A stretch of 61,295 nucleotides of DNA, counting the filler, from Dugesia japonica (lineage: Eukaryota), in assembly GCA_001938525.1 (NCBI GenBank). It is 5 parts of 5 records of this genome, joined end to end, with 100 filler letters (N's around TTAATTAATTAA, not from the genome) between each part and the next. Parts side by side here need not be neighbours in the genome. Positions count along the whole stretch, not along the records: positions 36,578 to 51,460 come from MQRL01614453.1; 4 more parts are not named here. One strand, given 5' to 3'. The notes below the pieces were generated by a model. That model was not told where the DNA came from and did no database searches. It saw only the letters and a list, made by a program, of their open reading frames with translations. Shown piece by piece: positions 37,791 through 50,400 of this stretch (position 1 is its first letter; each line of letters starts with the position of its first letter). Both the position numbers and the translations under genes were made by a program.

Positions 37791-38569
37791 AGTCAACACT
37801 AGTTTAAAGAATCATCACAGTAACTATATCCTACTTTTGTTTTGGAAGAAAATGATAATAAATAATTTCATCAGATTTAATACACAAAGTTACAGTTATT
37901 TCAATATTTTTATCAAAATCTATAAATATTTTATTAGTAAACTATTTAAATACATATTTGAACCTTTTCTACGATCTGGAATTGTTTTTTTCAAACACAA
38001 ATAAAATATCTTGTTTTGTAAGCTTGTTGGGGCGAAACACCCAGTTAATGAATTAAAACCACAGAAGCTCCAATTCGTAAAGAAAAATATTAATGGCATC
38101 ACAAGGGCCCGTTATAAAAGAAAATAGTTCCGATCATAAACCAGACACTACATATAAACCTTTAAAGGAGTGTAAAAATTCAGAAGATGGCCATAGAAAG
38201 CTTGGGTGAATAAAGATGATGTACGTCAATCACATTAATTAGAAAAATTACCAAAATCAATAATAAAACCAAGAAAATCATTAATCAAAATAACTATTTT
38301 AAAAAGAAAAAATATAAATTAATTCGGAAATAAGTTAAGTCAAAATTAACAAAAAATTCGTTTTATACGAATCACTTTACAACCAAAAGGCACAGGAGCC
38401 GGGCAGAAGAAAATTTGGAAAGGATTTGGATCGGGTCATCAAAATTTTGGCACGAGAAAATTGTACCACCATCTGGATGACCTCCACGAAGACTTTAAGA
38501 TCGGTTCAATAGCAATCGGAAATTAAAAAATAAAACAAAGCAATAAACCTCACCTGATGATTTAAAAAT

Positions 38570-38700
38570 AACCGCCAATTGGAACTCTAAAACTCTGGAC
38601 GAACCAATAGGAAGCAGAAAATTCAAGTTTAAAATAACCAACTAATATGAAAGAAGTTCGGGGGCGTAGGAAAATTGTATAAAAGGACTCATGGAATTAG
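38570..38700 (+). promoter_or_regulatory. Pol II promoter-like cluster, possibly an LTR U3
   Basis: CCAAT (~38575), CCAAT (~38604), GGGGCG (~38661) and TATAAAAG (~38678) occur in canonical order. A similar arrangement lies on the minus strand at ~11170-11330. Confidence 0.4.
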
Positions 38701-39356
38701 CAGAAAAAACAACAACTTCAACTAAAAACAAAATCCGCAAATTTTACCTGTGACAATTGTCTTAGAAAATTTATTAACAAAATTTTATCACAATAACAAT
38801 AGTCGAAACAAAGCGCGATTAGTTATCGTGCATCGATCAATATACTTCCAAACTACACAGTAACTCTATTATTTGGATTGTGAATTAATTACAATTTTTC
38901 AAGACAACAGAAGTTACGAGACGCATTGCCTATTTTCCGAACATCGTTAATTTTATTCGCAAGTGAATTGTAGCAACCGTTGCAGAAATCCTTCTGAAAT
39001 TGTTTTATTAGTAAGTTATATGTTTATGTTGTTATTATCAAATAATCTAATTGATAAGATAGCTTAATGTATTACTTTTATTTATATATTTTTAATGTTA
39101 GTATAATTATAAATAAAAATATTTATTTTGTGTCCATCGATGTTAGATAAAGTTCACTTATTAGCCATGATTAACGTGATCCACAGAATGAACAGATCTA
39201 GTAAATTTATCCTCATAAGAATATTGGCATGTATAGTTGCTCAATTCCCATGCATGCATATCCATCAAACCTTGCCAGTAATTAACGTCGACATAGTTGG
39301 TTTGTGGCTGGCAGTTGATCAATTAAAATAGATTATCGCCATGGTGAGAGTAATGA

Positions 39357-39575
39357 ATTAATTTCTTATCTGATAATGTTAGAATTGGTGGGAAAGGTTC
39401 GGCTAGACGTAAGAAGAAGGTAGTTACGAAAAATAATGTTAGTGATGAAAAAAAGCTACAAACTACATTGAAAAGGCTAGGTGTTAATCCTATTCCAACA
39501 ATCGACGAAGTGAACATGTTTAAAGATGATGGCACTTTGATTCATTTTAAATATCCTAAAGTTCAAGCTTCGATA
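39357..39575 (+). pseudogene. BTF3: BTF3 / NAC-beta gene fragment
   Basis: A frame missing from the ORF track reads [60 protein letters not shown]. There is no in-frame ATG (ATG AAT TAA at 39353 is out of frame), and similarity stops after VQASI. Confidence 0.88.
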
Positions 39576-41008
39576 GTAAATCATCATGCACACACACAAT
39601 TATCCACAATGGTGTGTTGAAACTGATACCACCAACACATATATGGTCTTCATGGTGCTAAGCAACAAGTAGCGCCCAAATTTGATTAAATTAAAATCCA
39701 ACTCTATTTTCGAAAATTCGTATTTTTTATTATTAATTAATATGATAGAAATAAGAATAGATATAAATAAATAAAAATATATAATCTGTAACAATATATA
39801 ATAACATTATAATAGTATTATAATGATGATATATAATCATATATAGATAATATAAACATAAATATACATATTAATATAATATTAAATTAATATGTTATTA
39901 ACATATTAGTTTATTGTTAATATATTTAATAGCAGTAATATTAGAACTATTACTACCCCTTTCTCTGGCTTCATTGCAGTTACTATTGACACGTATTATT
40001 AGCTGGATCCTGTGAAAGCAAACTTTATTAAAATTATGGTGAAAAGAGAATAGTGCCATTGCGACCATCCCTGCTACCCACCTTAACTAGTATATCCAGG
40101 TTCTTGAGAATTCCATAGAGATGAATTTATTCTTGTCATTTTCGATTATAGTGAGGTCGCGAGTAATACTCCTACCAATAATCGACGAAAATTTGTGGGA
40201 ATACTAACTTCTTGTTGATGGTATAATAATGAGAATCTGTTTTAGATATCCCATGTCTGATATATTTCTAATGACTCTTCAATTAATTCGTCGAGAGCGC
40301 GAACGATCACGCAAACGGCAATTAATCGGGCATCTCCTAGCCCCCAGCCTGATTATGCATCCCGACGAAACGGATTTGATTTGCTTCACTGAGATGTTTC
40401 CGTTGTCAGCAAAAATAGACATAGGTGAGGAAGGATTATCTTGGCGATAGTACAATTAATTTAATTTAAATAAAAAATTCAGGCCTGATTAAATGTTTAA
40501 TTTAATTTTTTATGTTTATTGATGATTATACTAGCATGTTACAATAAATAAAATTTTATGTTCCAGAATGGAATCAATATGGGAAAGAGTAATTGACCGC
40601 AGGACTCGTCGCAAAATTTTTCGACGACATAGGAACCCGCATAATCGAGACGCGGGCATTCTATCCGACCGGTACAACCTCCCCCAGTAGAAGCCATGGT
40701 AGCCAGAATCCAAGACTTTGGTGAGCGACAAAGTTATCAGAGCTTGACGGGACCTGACCGAACCCTCACCACTTCGTTCCAGTACCAACCTTCAGCCCCA
40801 CCCCCAGCGGTGCATGCATTTATTAACAATTTACTATGGGGTGTAAGAGAACCCTCGGGTGTTGAGAATTCAGAGAATACCGCACCCGTGACTGATTCAG
40901 CACCCACTCATTAGTGATTCTTTTTTTTGCAATAAAATACATAGTTGTTCCCGGACTTATAACAAAATCTTTTTTCCTGTAAAATTATTTTTCTTATTAA
41001 AAATAACA

Positions 41009-41457
41009 ATGATTGATAAAGGTCCACTGGGTAACAATAGGTGTGAGTGGTTAGTGCTATTCGCCAAATCTTTATATAGTGTTTTATTAATTTCTTCTAG
41101 TGCACTCATCATTGAATCGCGTTACGGCCCCGACCAAGAAAGTGAGAGCTTCTAGTGATGAAACCGAGATCACTTGGGATCTCTATAAGTTGGCCAAGCG
41201 ACGCTGGGAAGCTGATGTCGCAAACGCTCATGCCAAGGTTCGGCGTTATAAAAAAGTGCCTGGCCTTCAAAGCGGAAGCCGAGGCATCTCATCAGCAAGA
41301 AAGAATTTGGAAGGCCCAATTAAAATCCCTTACCGATATTATCCGGTCCAAACAAGACCGAGAGAATAACCTAGTTGGTAACATTATGAATTTGAGAAAA
41401 ATCATGCCACTAACACCTCTGATAGTGGACAAAGGAGTCCAGACCTCTCGTCCATAG
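41009..41457 (+). CDS. Orphan coiled-coil protein, probably spliced, with one frameshift
   Basis: ATG 41009, donor GTGAGT 41043, acceptor TTCTAG 41100 (phase 1). ORFs 41100 and 41155 join if one A is removed from the A6 run at 41250-41255. It shares a motif with 46373-46667. Confidence 0.4.
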
Positions 41458-41555
41458 TCCTTGTTTAAATGCAAATAATACATTTTTCTTTGTGTTAAGC
41501 TTCGGCCAAATTGTTTTTATTCATACACATAATTACCATCATAAACATAACATGA

Positions 41556-41972
41556 ATGTCATTAATGTTCTTTTATTTAGTGCCTCGAATTATATTTCCC
41601 AATAACCTGCGGCGGTGCCACAGAATAATGCGCCATCTCTTAGTAGAAAGGCACCTTAAACGAAAAGCAAACCGGGCACTCCTTAAACATCTTGCCCAAC
41701 GAGATAAACTGATAAAGAAGCTTGATCTTATAGTTAAAAAGCAAAGTGAGCTGGCTGCCCAAACAAAGGTCCTCAAGGAGAAAATAAAACAATCATTACA
41801 AAGGAAAATTGACTTCCTAAAACAATATATTTCCGACCTCTCCCGCCAACTTGGCAACCCCACTTGTGTGCAATGGGACGACAACGATGACACAGCTTCA
41901 TTCAATTTTTTGATAACTGACCCACCCCAGTGGCTAGGCCCTGGTGCTTTTGATGAAATATATATGTTTTAA
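41556..41972 (+). CDS. Orphan basic coiled-coil ORF (138 aa)
   Basis: Open frame in a locally GC-richer island, with a heptad pattern and an acidic C-terminus. Acceptor-like TTTTATTTAG at 41580. Confidence 0.4.
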   Translation: MSLMFFYLVPRIIFPNNLRRCHRIMRHLLVERHLKRKANRALLKHLAQRDKLIKKLDLIVKKQSELAAQTKVLKEKIKQSLQRKIDFLKQYISDLSRQLGNPTCVQWDDNDDTASFNFLITDPPQWLGPGAFDEIYMF

Positions 41973-44900
41973 TAATAGATGTTTTAACGCGATGTCCTGT
42001 TTGAGTTATTTAGAGAAAAATACTGAACCCGAATTAAAGTTGTACGAGTGTGCACCTCCCATAAAGCAGGAGGTCAACCACTCTGCGCTGAATACCTAAA
42101 CTAGGGGCATTAGGTTAAATTCTTGAAATGGTCCACCGAGGGCTGTTTTTCCAAAGCCCACCGTTTTTTGATACTCGACTCAGGTGGAACCCCAACAAGT
42201 TTATTAGCAAATCCCTGTTTTATTAAGTGTAATTCAAATTTATTAAGTATTGTTGAATAAATAATTAAATTATCATAATTTATATTTAGGTTTCAAAATC
42301 ATTTTTATCAATAAAACATTTTATCTCAACCTCTTCATCCGATTAATAAGGAAGATTATTATTTTGGAAGAAAGCACAGAGATAAAAGGCAACAATTATA
42401 TGACAGCAACAAAATAAACTACAAGACAACAAAAAACAACACAGTATTGGTTAAATCAGGATTCACAAAACTTGTATCAATAATAAGTCTTATAAGGGAG
42501 TAACCTTCTATCATCATTAGAGAACAGACAGTCAACTCAACCACACCAGCAACCAACACAAAAGGGGTAAATGAATTTCAACATTTATCTTAAAAGTTTT
42601 GAAAGAATCGTTTGTTGTCTAAGCCTCCAAAATTTACAGTACTTAACGAAGTTACAATAACAATTAATAAGGCGTATGAGTATGTGCAAATGTGATTATT
42701 ATACATGAAGCGTGAAGTGTTGTTATAAACAGTTTTTATGACTGCAAGTATGTTTTGGGTTGGAAATCTTTCTCTTAAAATAGTTTTTTTTATTTAAAAA
42801 TTTGTAATTAAAATGTTGAAATGCTAATAAGGAGCATTAAAATTTTAGGCAAAAATTAAGAATAAGTTTAAATATTTATATACATAATTTATTGTAGACT
42901 TTTTTTAAATGACTGATAAATTGAAGTATTTGGATAATAAAATGAGTTTTTTATTTTAAATTTTAAATAATTAAAAAGATTAAGATTTTCTACTAAGCAC
43001 AGAGTTTTTAATTATTTTTGAATAAACAAATAATGATGGTCATTGCTTTGTATTGAGAAAAAATCTTCGAAGAAATCAATTTTTGAATTTAATTCTTCGA
43101 TGAGTACTTCAAACTCTTATAACAACGACCTTTCACCAGTATTTACTTTAATGGACCTGTAAAGTAAGTATAGAACATCCACATAAAACCTCCGAAAAGA
43201 AAATAAGAAGGAGATTGAGTCAGAGGGGTCACAAAATTACGGAACGGAATTTTTTCGAAAATGAATGTTTTTTTAGTGTGGAACATTGAGATATATGAAA
43301 ACAGTCTAAAAATTGACGAGTTGGGCAGAAATCAAAAATGAAAATATTAGTGAAGAAAGAAAACTCAAGACCATATGACGACCAAATGTCTTAGTATCGG
43401 GAAACTGCTAATGATAAGATCAGAGTAAAATATCATAATCAATAACAAAGGTAAACTGTAAAAACAGGAAATTACTAAAGCAATAAAAGAAATATGTGAA
43501 AGCACAAGGAGACACAAAGCGGGAAGAAAGAGGAACATAAAAAATTCTTACTAACTTCTAACAACAATTTCTAATTATAACTTACGTATAAAATGAGTTT
43601 TAATTCTTGATGATTAATTATAATAAGTATTCCTTTTTAAAAAAGATTGTTGATTTAATTACAATTCTTATAAATTTAAAATTTTTTAATGACATATTGA
43701 GGTTATGAATAGTAGAGTTAAATAAAAGATAACTAGCAAGAACATGATGTTCGAATGTGATGACGAAGACAAGAGCAATAACGGCGAGGATTAAATTGGA
43801 TCAATAACTTTATAATAAAGAGATAAGTGACTATCACAAACAAGAGTCAAACCAAAAGGATTACAAGCAAGCACTAAAACTACAGATTACCAGCTCTATT
43901 CCAAAAAATCTAGATTGGAGACTAGATATAATTCTTCATGGAGTTCTACTACCTCATATTACACAACGACTTAAATAAAATTGAGCTGACTAGATGGAAT
44001 CCAAAAATTGGAATAAATTGTCAGAAGTTATGATACGTCAACAGAATAAATATGAACTTGTGATATTCTCTTGACAAAAACGAATGGATCAATGTTTTCA
44101 AATATATGCGAGATAATATAGATAAATAATGTTCTTAAAACAGTATTTTCCAATTTTATCCGTTTGCGACACCAAACATTTTTTAATAAAACATATTCAT
44201 ATAATTCTTTATTTTCAAAGTATTCAGAAATATATAGATCAATGATTTTATGTAAGAATTTAGGATTGATATATTTATATTTGCATATAATTGTGGAGTT
44301 TATGCTATTTTTAAAACACTGAAGAAAATTATTATTTTTAAGAAAAATATTATTTTTTTAAGCCTATCCACTTGAGGAAAGAAATATAGAACATCTGTGA
44401 GCACCAAATCCGCTACAGAATTAACAAAAAATAAAAAATATCTCGCCCATATTTGGACATGTATGTGGAAGCTACGGGAGAGCAGCGTACGATTTCTTGC
44501 ATTAGCAGAAATCAGAAGTGGACGCCAACTGTATCTGTCAAAATTTGACAATACAGTGAGGTATAAAAGGAAATCAAAATCAGTAGAAAATCAGTCTTGA
44601 AAATTCGATTTTCTGTAGCTCTTATTAGTCGATTAAACCAAACTTTTAAGAAGCATTTATTATTACCAACGGGGGCTCAAAAGTAGAAACGGAAAGCCAA
44701 GAAGTAAATATTTTAATTTATTTATAAAATTATGATAAAAAAATTAATAAATAAATAATAATTTTTATAAAACGGAAAACTGAGGCGATGGTCGTCATCA
44801 CTAGCCATCTTGATGGTGACGATCATCACAACTTAGATATCCAATTATCCACCAGATCATCCCTTATGAATTTATGCACTGCGTAAGTAGAATATTGATA

Positions 44901-45594
44901 AGATGATTATGATAAAAGAGATGCGATGATAAACGTTTACGGTAAAAGATGCTGATGTTTAAGATAATGAAGAGATGAATATGGGTTCAAGTTTTGTGTA
45001 ATGAGGCAATGAACGAAATAAAGTAATATATGGTAAAGAGATGAGGATTAATGATACCTTAAGCATTGATGTGTGATGGTTGAACTTTCTATTACTGAAA
45101 TACAAGTGATAATATTGTGCTTGGTGTATTAATTGAGTATCAGGAACTTTGAGGTTAACATGAATTTACTTGAAAATATTAATTTCCGTTTATAAAATTA
45201 TGCTGTGACGTTTTGATTTCACAGATCTATATAATATTGTTTTTGTTTATGAGAAGGAATTTTTTTATTTATTGAATTAAACTAGAATAATAATTTTAAA
45301 GTAGTTATATATTTCCTGAAATATAATTTAAAACTTTAACTATTATATTGATATCGTTAAAGTAATAATTAATAACACAAAATGGTATAAAATTATTGAC
45401 GCGACTTAAAATCTTTAAATCATTAATACGTAGCAAGTCGGGATGTGTCAGTTCCTGAGAGCAATAAGAGACGAAGCTCTTACGGAGGACTCTCGCCTCC
45501 TTACTTGCATATAAAGATCACAAAGGTCACAGAGTGAAATATTCGAAATTATGGTCATTTGTAACATAAATAGTTAAATGAATTATAAAATTGT

Positions 45595-46077
45595 TTGGAA
45601 ATGTCCAGAAAGTTTACAAATATGGAAGCATGGAAGTCGTTGGAAGAATGGTCATTCCCCTCCGGTCCTTGTAACAATATGCCCATACTTTATGATTCGT
45701 GGACGGACGATAGTGCTGACAGGGAACCGTGGTGGATGGCCACTGATAAATTCCGACTCAATGAAATAGAGATCCGCGATCAAAAGAAGGAGATCATCCG
45801 TTTACGAGCTCATTTAGATCAACTAACTAATCGAATTAACCAGCAGGAGCAAGATCGAGGTCAACAAAACAATGCTTTGGCCGATCTCTTGAACAAGGTC
45901 TCGGAGCACCTCCAGAAGCCACCAACAATAACCGCGAGAAATACAGTGTTCGAGTTTAACATGCTAGAATACAATCAAACAGGCAAAAGATTGAACCAAC
46001 ACATCAAGCGAGCAATTCCAATACTCATGGCGCATCTGGAACCACTAGCAGAAGTTGTTGAGGAGACGCTAGTATAA
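45595..46077 (+). CDS. Orphan ORF with central coiled coil (ATG at 45622)
   Basis: 160-codon open frame, GC-richer than its flanks, with a Trp-rich N-terminus. TATA-like CATATAAAG at ~45508. Confidence 0.5.
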   Translation: MEMSRKFTNMEAWKSLEEWSFPSGPCNNMPILYDSWTDDSADREPWWMATDKFRLNEIEIRDQKKEIIRLRAHLDQLTNRINQQEQDRGQQNNALADLLNKVSEHLQKPPTITARNTVFEFNMLEYNQTGKRLNQHIKRAIPILMAHLEPLAEVVEETLV

Positions 46078-46372
46078 CAATCATCAGTGTAACTATGACC
46101 ATGAAAAGTTATAATATATTTTGCTTCGTTGTTGATTTTCTTCACAAATGTTTTAGCAGATGATTAACGATTGAATATATAGGTCATTTATAATTAATTT
46201 TAATAACATCTCAGATCACATTTAAAATGAAGCTCCCGAAATAGTTGAAAAGATGCGATGGTGAAAACTTGAAGTGATTATGATAATTCTTAATTAAATC
46301 TATATTTATTCGTTTAAATACATCAACGCTTTATAGATTAAACTGCATCCTAAATTTGTTTAATTCCCAGAA

Positions 46373-46667
46373 ATGTCGATGCAGATAATTAAACCGACGA
46401 GAGAGGAGATACTATCCGAACAACAGGCTACACGCGCAAAATTTTAAAAGTTGCGAAAAGAAAACAAGGAGCTTTGAGATACGGCCAGCCTCACTAAACG
46501 GAAAATGTCCACCTTAAGAGAGAGACTGAGTGAGTCGGTGGAGTGAACTCATGCTCATCGCGAACAACAGGATGATGTCAGAGATTATCAGATTATACGC
46601 GGATCGAGAGGCCTCCGTGGTCGCAAACGTGAGAACTTTATGGAAAGAATATGCGGTAAAAAAATAA
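46373..46667 (+). pseudogene. Disrupted paralog of the 41009-41457 orphan ORF
   Basis: ATG follows TTCCCAG. Three in-frame stops and a frameshift. Its C-terminal MSEIIRLYADREASVVANVRTLWK aligns with LTDIIRSKQDRENNLVGNIMNLRK. Confidence 0.5.
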
Positions 46668-47430
46668 ACCCAATGACGAATGTGTGGTAACAGAGGAAAC
46701 AATATTTGGTTCTCCATAACTTTCAAATAAATTTTTTTCTTTTTCAATTCATTAAGTGTCGCAAATATGGAAAACGTAGAATAACCTCTGAGCAACAATT
46801 AGGGACAACTGAGTAAATCATGTGCGCATATAGCGAAACTCAAAAACCATACACCAAACAATTATAGCTATAGTTTAATACTTCTGAAAATTATTTTTTA
46901 TATAATCTTTTAGTCAAGTTTAACAAGGTTTTTGTAATAAAATATTTAAATCTTAATTTATAACTAGCAATTTTGTCGTATATAGTTACATTTTTTTATT
47001 CATATTTTCTTCTCATCTAGAACTGTAGTTCAACTTAGTTGAACTTGTTTAGTAAATATGTCTGGTTTAGATGTAACACGGATTTTAAGATCTATAACTC
47101 TTGGAAAGAAATATATAGTACAGTTACTGACCTTAAAATTAACTAATTGTAATGTAAACTTGGGTTTTGAATGTTAGAAACTTAAATAAAAGCAAAGACA
47201 AAAAAGAAAACTTTGCCTTTTAGCCTTCAATTACATAATATAAAAGTTTAGAATAGAATTGTTACATTCATACAGATTTATAATATTTAGTATATTCATT
47301 GGCTATTCTACTCCATCATTACAATATGTGCCAAAACATCAATAAATATACTATTTATTAAAATAATTACAACAATTTCCGTTACAAATTAATAGTTTAA
47401 CTAAGACATACAACAAACAGGAGATTTCAT

Positions 47431-50400
47431 TTACCATCTGTTAGCAATAATTCCCATTGAATTGAAATCCTCATTATAATTAGGTGCTTTGTTAGAATTG
47501 AAGTTATTAGTATTATTATTACTACCATTAAATGCTGGTTGAGGTTGATTGTAATTATTATAGGATCCATTATTTCTCCAGTTCCCAGCTTCTCGATATG
47601 AATTACTACTGTGAGTAAAAGACTCTGTTTCAGTTTGACGTCCATTGTATTCGTAATAATCTGACTTCCTATAGTCACTTTCTACAGGTTGATAATAAGA
47701 ATCACGATTCGAAATCGTTCCATTATATTTACTTGGAACGCGTTTATTAGCTTCTCCCCAGTTATTAGTTGCAGAATTACTGACTAATCCTTTAGGTACA
47801 TCTATACAAAACAATATTATCCAAGAACATTAAAAAAATTACTAGAAGTCGGTTTCTTTCGACTTGAAAATGGTACTTCTGCTAAATCGTATAATTTCTC
47901 TGAAATATTCTGATTAGCTTCTTCTAGAATAGCAACAAGTTTCTGTGCCTACGTTTAAAGAGTTTTAAAAATAAGGATAAACAATATATTTAAATCAAGA
48001 TTTCATTTTAATCAGGAAAAGTAATATCAGTTGCTATACCATAATTAGCACCTCATCTTTAACGTGGAAATATCTGTTTGTATCTGCTATATAAATTCTT
48101 AATACTTTTCTACATTACTGGACTATCTTTTTCTGTATTTTCTTACTGAATATCACTTCCCCAATGTCTTCTGATTACATATGCAGCATATATTGGTACA
48201 GGGTGTCGCACATTTAGTGTTATGCATTTAATTTATTGATTATATTCTTTAATTTTATAAGCAATAATATTTCTAGATATCACCAGTGACAAGACAATGA
48301 CAGATTTGATTGTGAAAAAATATCACGATGGAAACCATATCAGCCATCGCAAAAACCCTCTGAATAATACGATCATCAGTTTTAAAAATAGTGAATCGAT
48401 AGAAAACTTGGAACGACTGAAAAGAAAGCTTCTCCACGATGCCTATACACTATTCGTGCAAAACCGAGCGAATCGAAATCCTCATCTGAAGTGTCGGAAA
48501 ATGGATAGAGAGCTTCAAAATTCACTAGTCATCGAGTGCTGAAAAATGATCTCGAATTTAAGACATACAAGCAATGAATTCGACAAGAGCTTATCGACGC
48601 TAACAAAAAATTCGACTTGTTAAATGCAGGACACACCTTTCAATATCAAACAGACACGCGGAAGACCGATTCTCTTCTCGAACGAGAAAATCTTTTCAAT
48701 AACTAAAAAAATGAATAAGCAAAATGATAGAGTCTGTCATTTCCATGAAGGATGCATCCAATAAAAATAGGTTTGTTGTAAAATCACAATCGGATAAATC
48801 AATCTTCCTTTTCTCAGCGTTTTTTCATACAAGCTGCGAGGCCTTCGAAACCAGATTGAACCAAGCATCAAATCTAAGGGCGACTACAAAGAATGTTTTG
48901 TTTTTCACATTCTTAAGTATATTGTTAAATAAATTGAAATATATATTATATCCAAATTATTATCTGTCAGGATTTTTTTTCAAAAGTATACCGTAACACT
49001 AAATATGAGATACCAAGTATTTTTAATGTCTGGTAATAATTGTCTAATCCTTTTCCTTATATCTTTTAATGTAGCTTTGATAAAATCACTGATTTATCTG
49101 AATTGATGATCCACTATTCTATTTGTATTATGGATATTGACTTCAAAACAAATGATTATATTAATTGAATCTGCCATCTCCTTAAAAACGTTTAATTTCG
49201 AATTTAACCAGAGTTTCGCGATACGCACGTTCTTGTTCTTTATTATAATAGTTTTTTGTCTTTTACAGGAAGATCTCTTACCTTTTCTACAATGGTATTA
49301 GCACACTTTTTCTACATCCACAATATATCCTATGTATTAATTTAAAAACAATTAATATATTTACAAGCTTCAAATATATGATTAAATTAATAAATATTGA
49401 GTTTGTTTGAAATATTTTTGGTAGTAATATACAAGTTTTAACAGTATTTATTATATTTCAATTCAAATAAATTACATTAATTACTCTAGAAAATCATTTC
49501 AAAGACAAAGTAAATGCGACATGTCTATAATTTAATGAGTAGTTTAAATTCGTTGGTCATACGATAGTACCAATCATTTAATGAAGACAATTGTTCAAAT
49601 AAATTATTTTGAAATAATAAATTTATAGAACAGCAACAATTTCTAATTTCGAAAATTGATGATGCAACTTTTATAATATACAATTTTACAGTATCTTGAA
49701 ATATCTATATAGATGACAGAAGTTTTATTTTCAAAATTCTAATAGGGTGGCAGTAGCTGATGATGCAGTACAATATATTTTTAACACAAGTCGTCACATT
49801 TATAATATAAATCAATCTTGCAAGTATAAACTAAATAGTCTTTAACCATCTTCAAGCTATATCTTGGATTCCATTCATGGACCGCTCTTTAGATCTGAAT
49901 GCAAAAAACTATGTTATGTCGACCACGAACTCTTGGAACGCACTAATAATTTCCATCAAACATTTGCTCTTTAAGTTTTCGAAAAAAGATTTGTATTGAT
50001 GCAACATACAAACTCACTTGGATTGATTTCCAATTATTTTATTAGATACGATTCAGAATAATACGATGTGAATCAGAATTTAAAATGAAAAGTCAATTTA
50101 AATTTATTTTTGATAAAAATTGCTCAAACATTAAATGATAACTTTCAAGCTAAAACAACTACTTCCATTAAAGCAACATTTAAAGATAATTTCATTAACA
50201 AAATTATACTATTCATTTTAAATAAAAGCTTCGATCAAAATTTTTGTTTGTTTATTGATATAATAATTGTTACATCAATAAAAAACAAAAACTTTGATCG
50301 AAGCTTTTATTTTAAATGAATTCTGTAAAACGATCAATGGTTATGCCCAACAATTATTCTCACAATAATTGCAATTGTAAAAAAATTATACTACTTTAAT

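Noticed and set aside
37103-37792. Plus-strand hydrophobic ORFs of 140 and 77 aa
   Set aside because: They are antisense to a purine-rich Gag-like remnant, and their composition reflects the T/C skew.
42330-44150. Possible decayed LINE between the two orphan cassettes
   Set aside because: Only a faint WR..ILHG trace was visible. I could not read RT or endonuclease motifs, so it is not called.
47427-47678. Overlapping alternative-frame ORF in the last helicase exon
   Set aside because: Splice phase selects the 47431 frame, and the second frame is explained by low-complexity AAT-rich codons.
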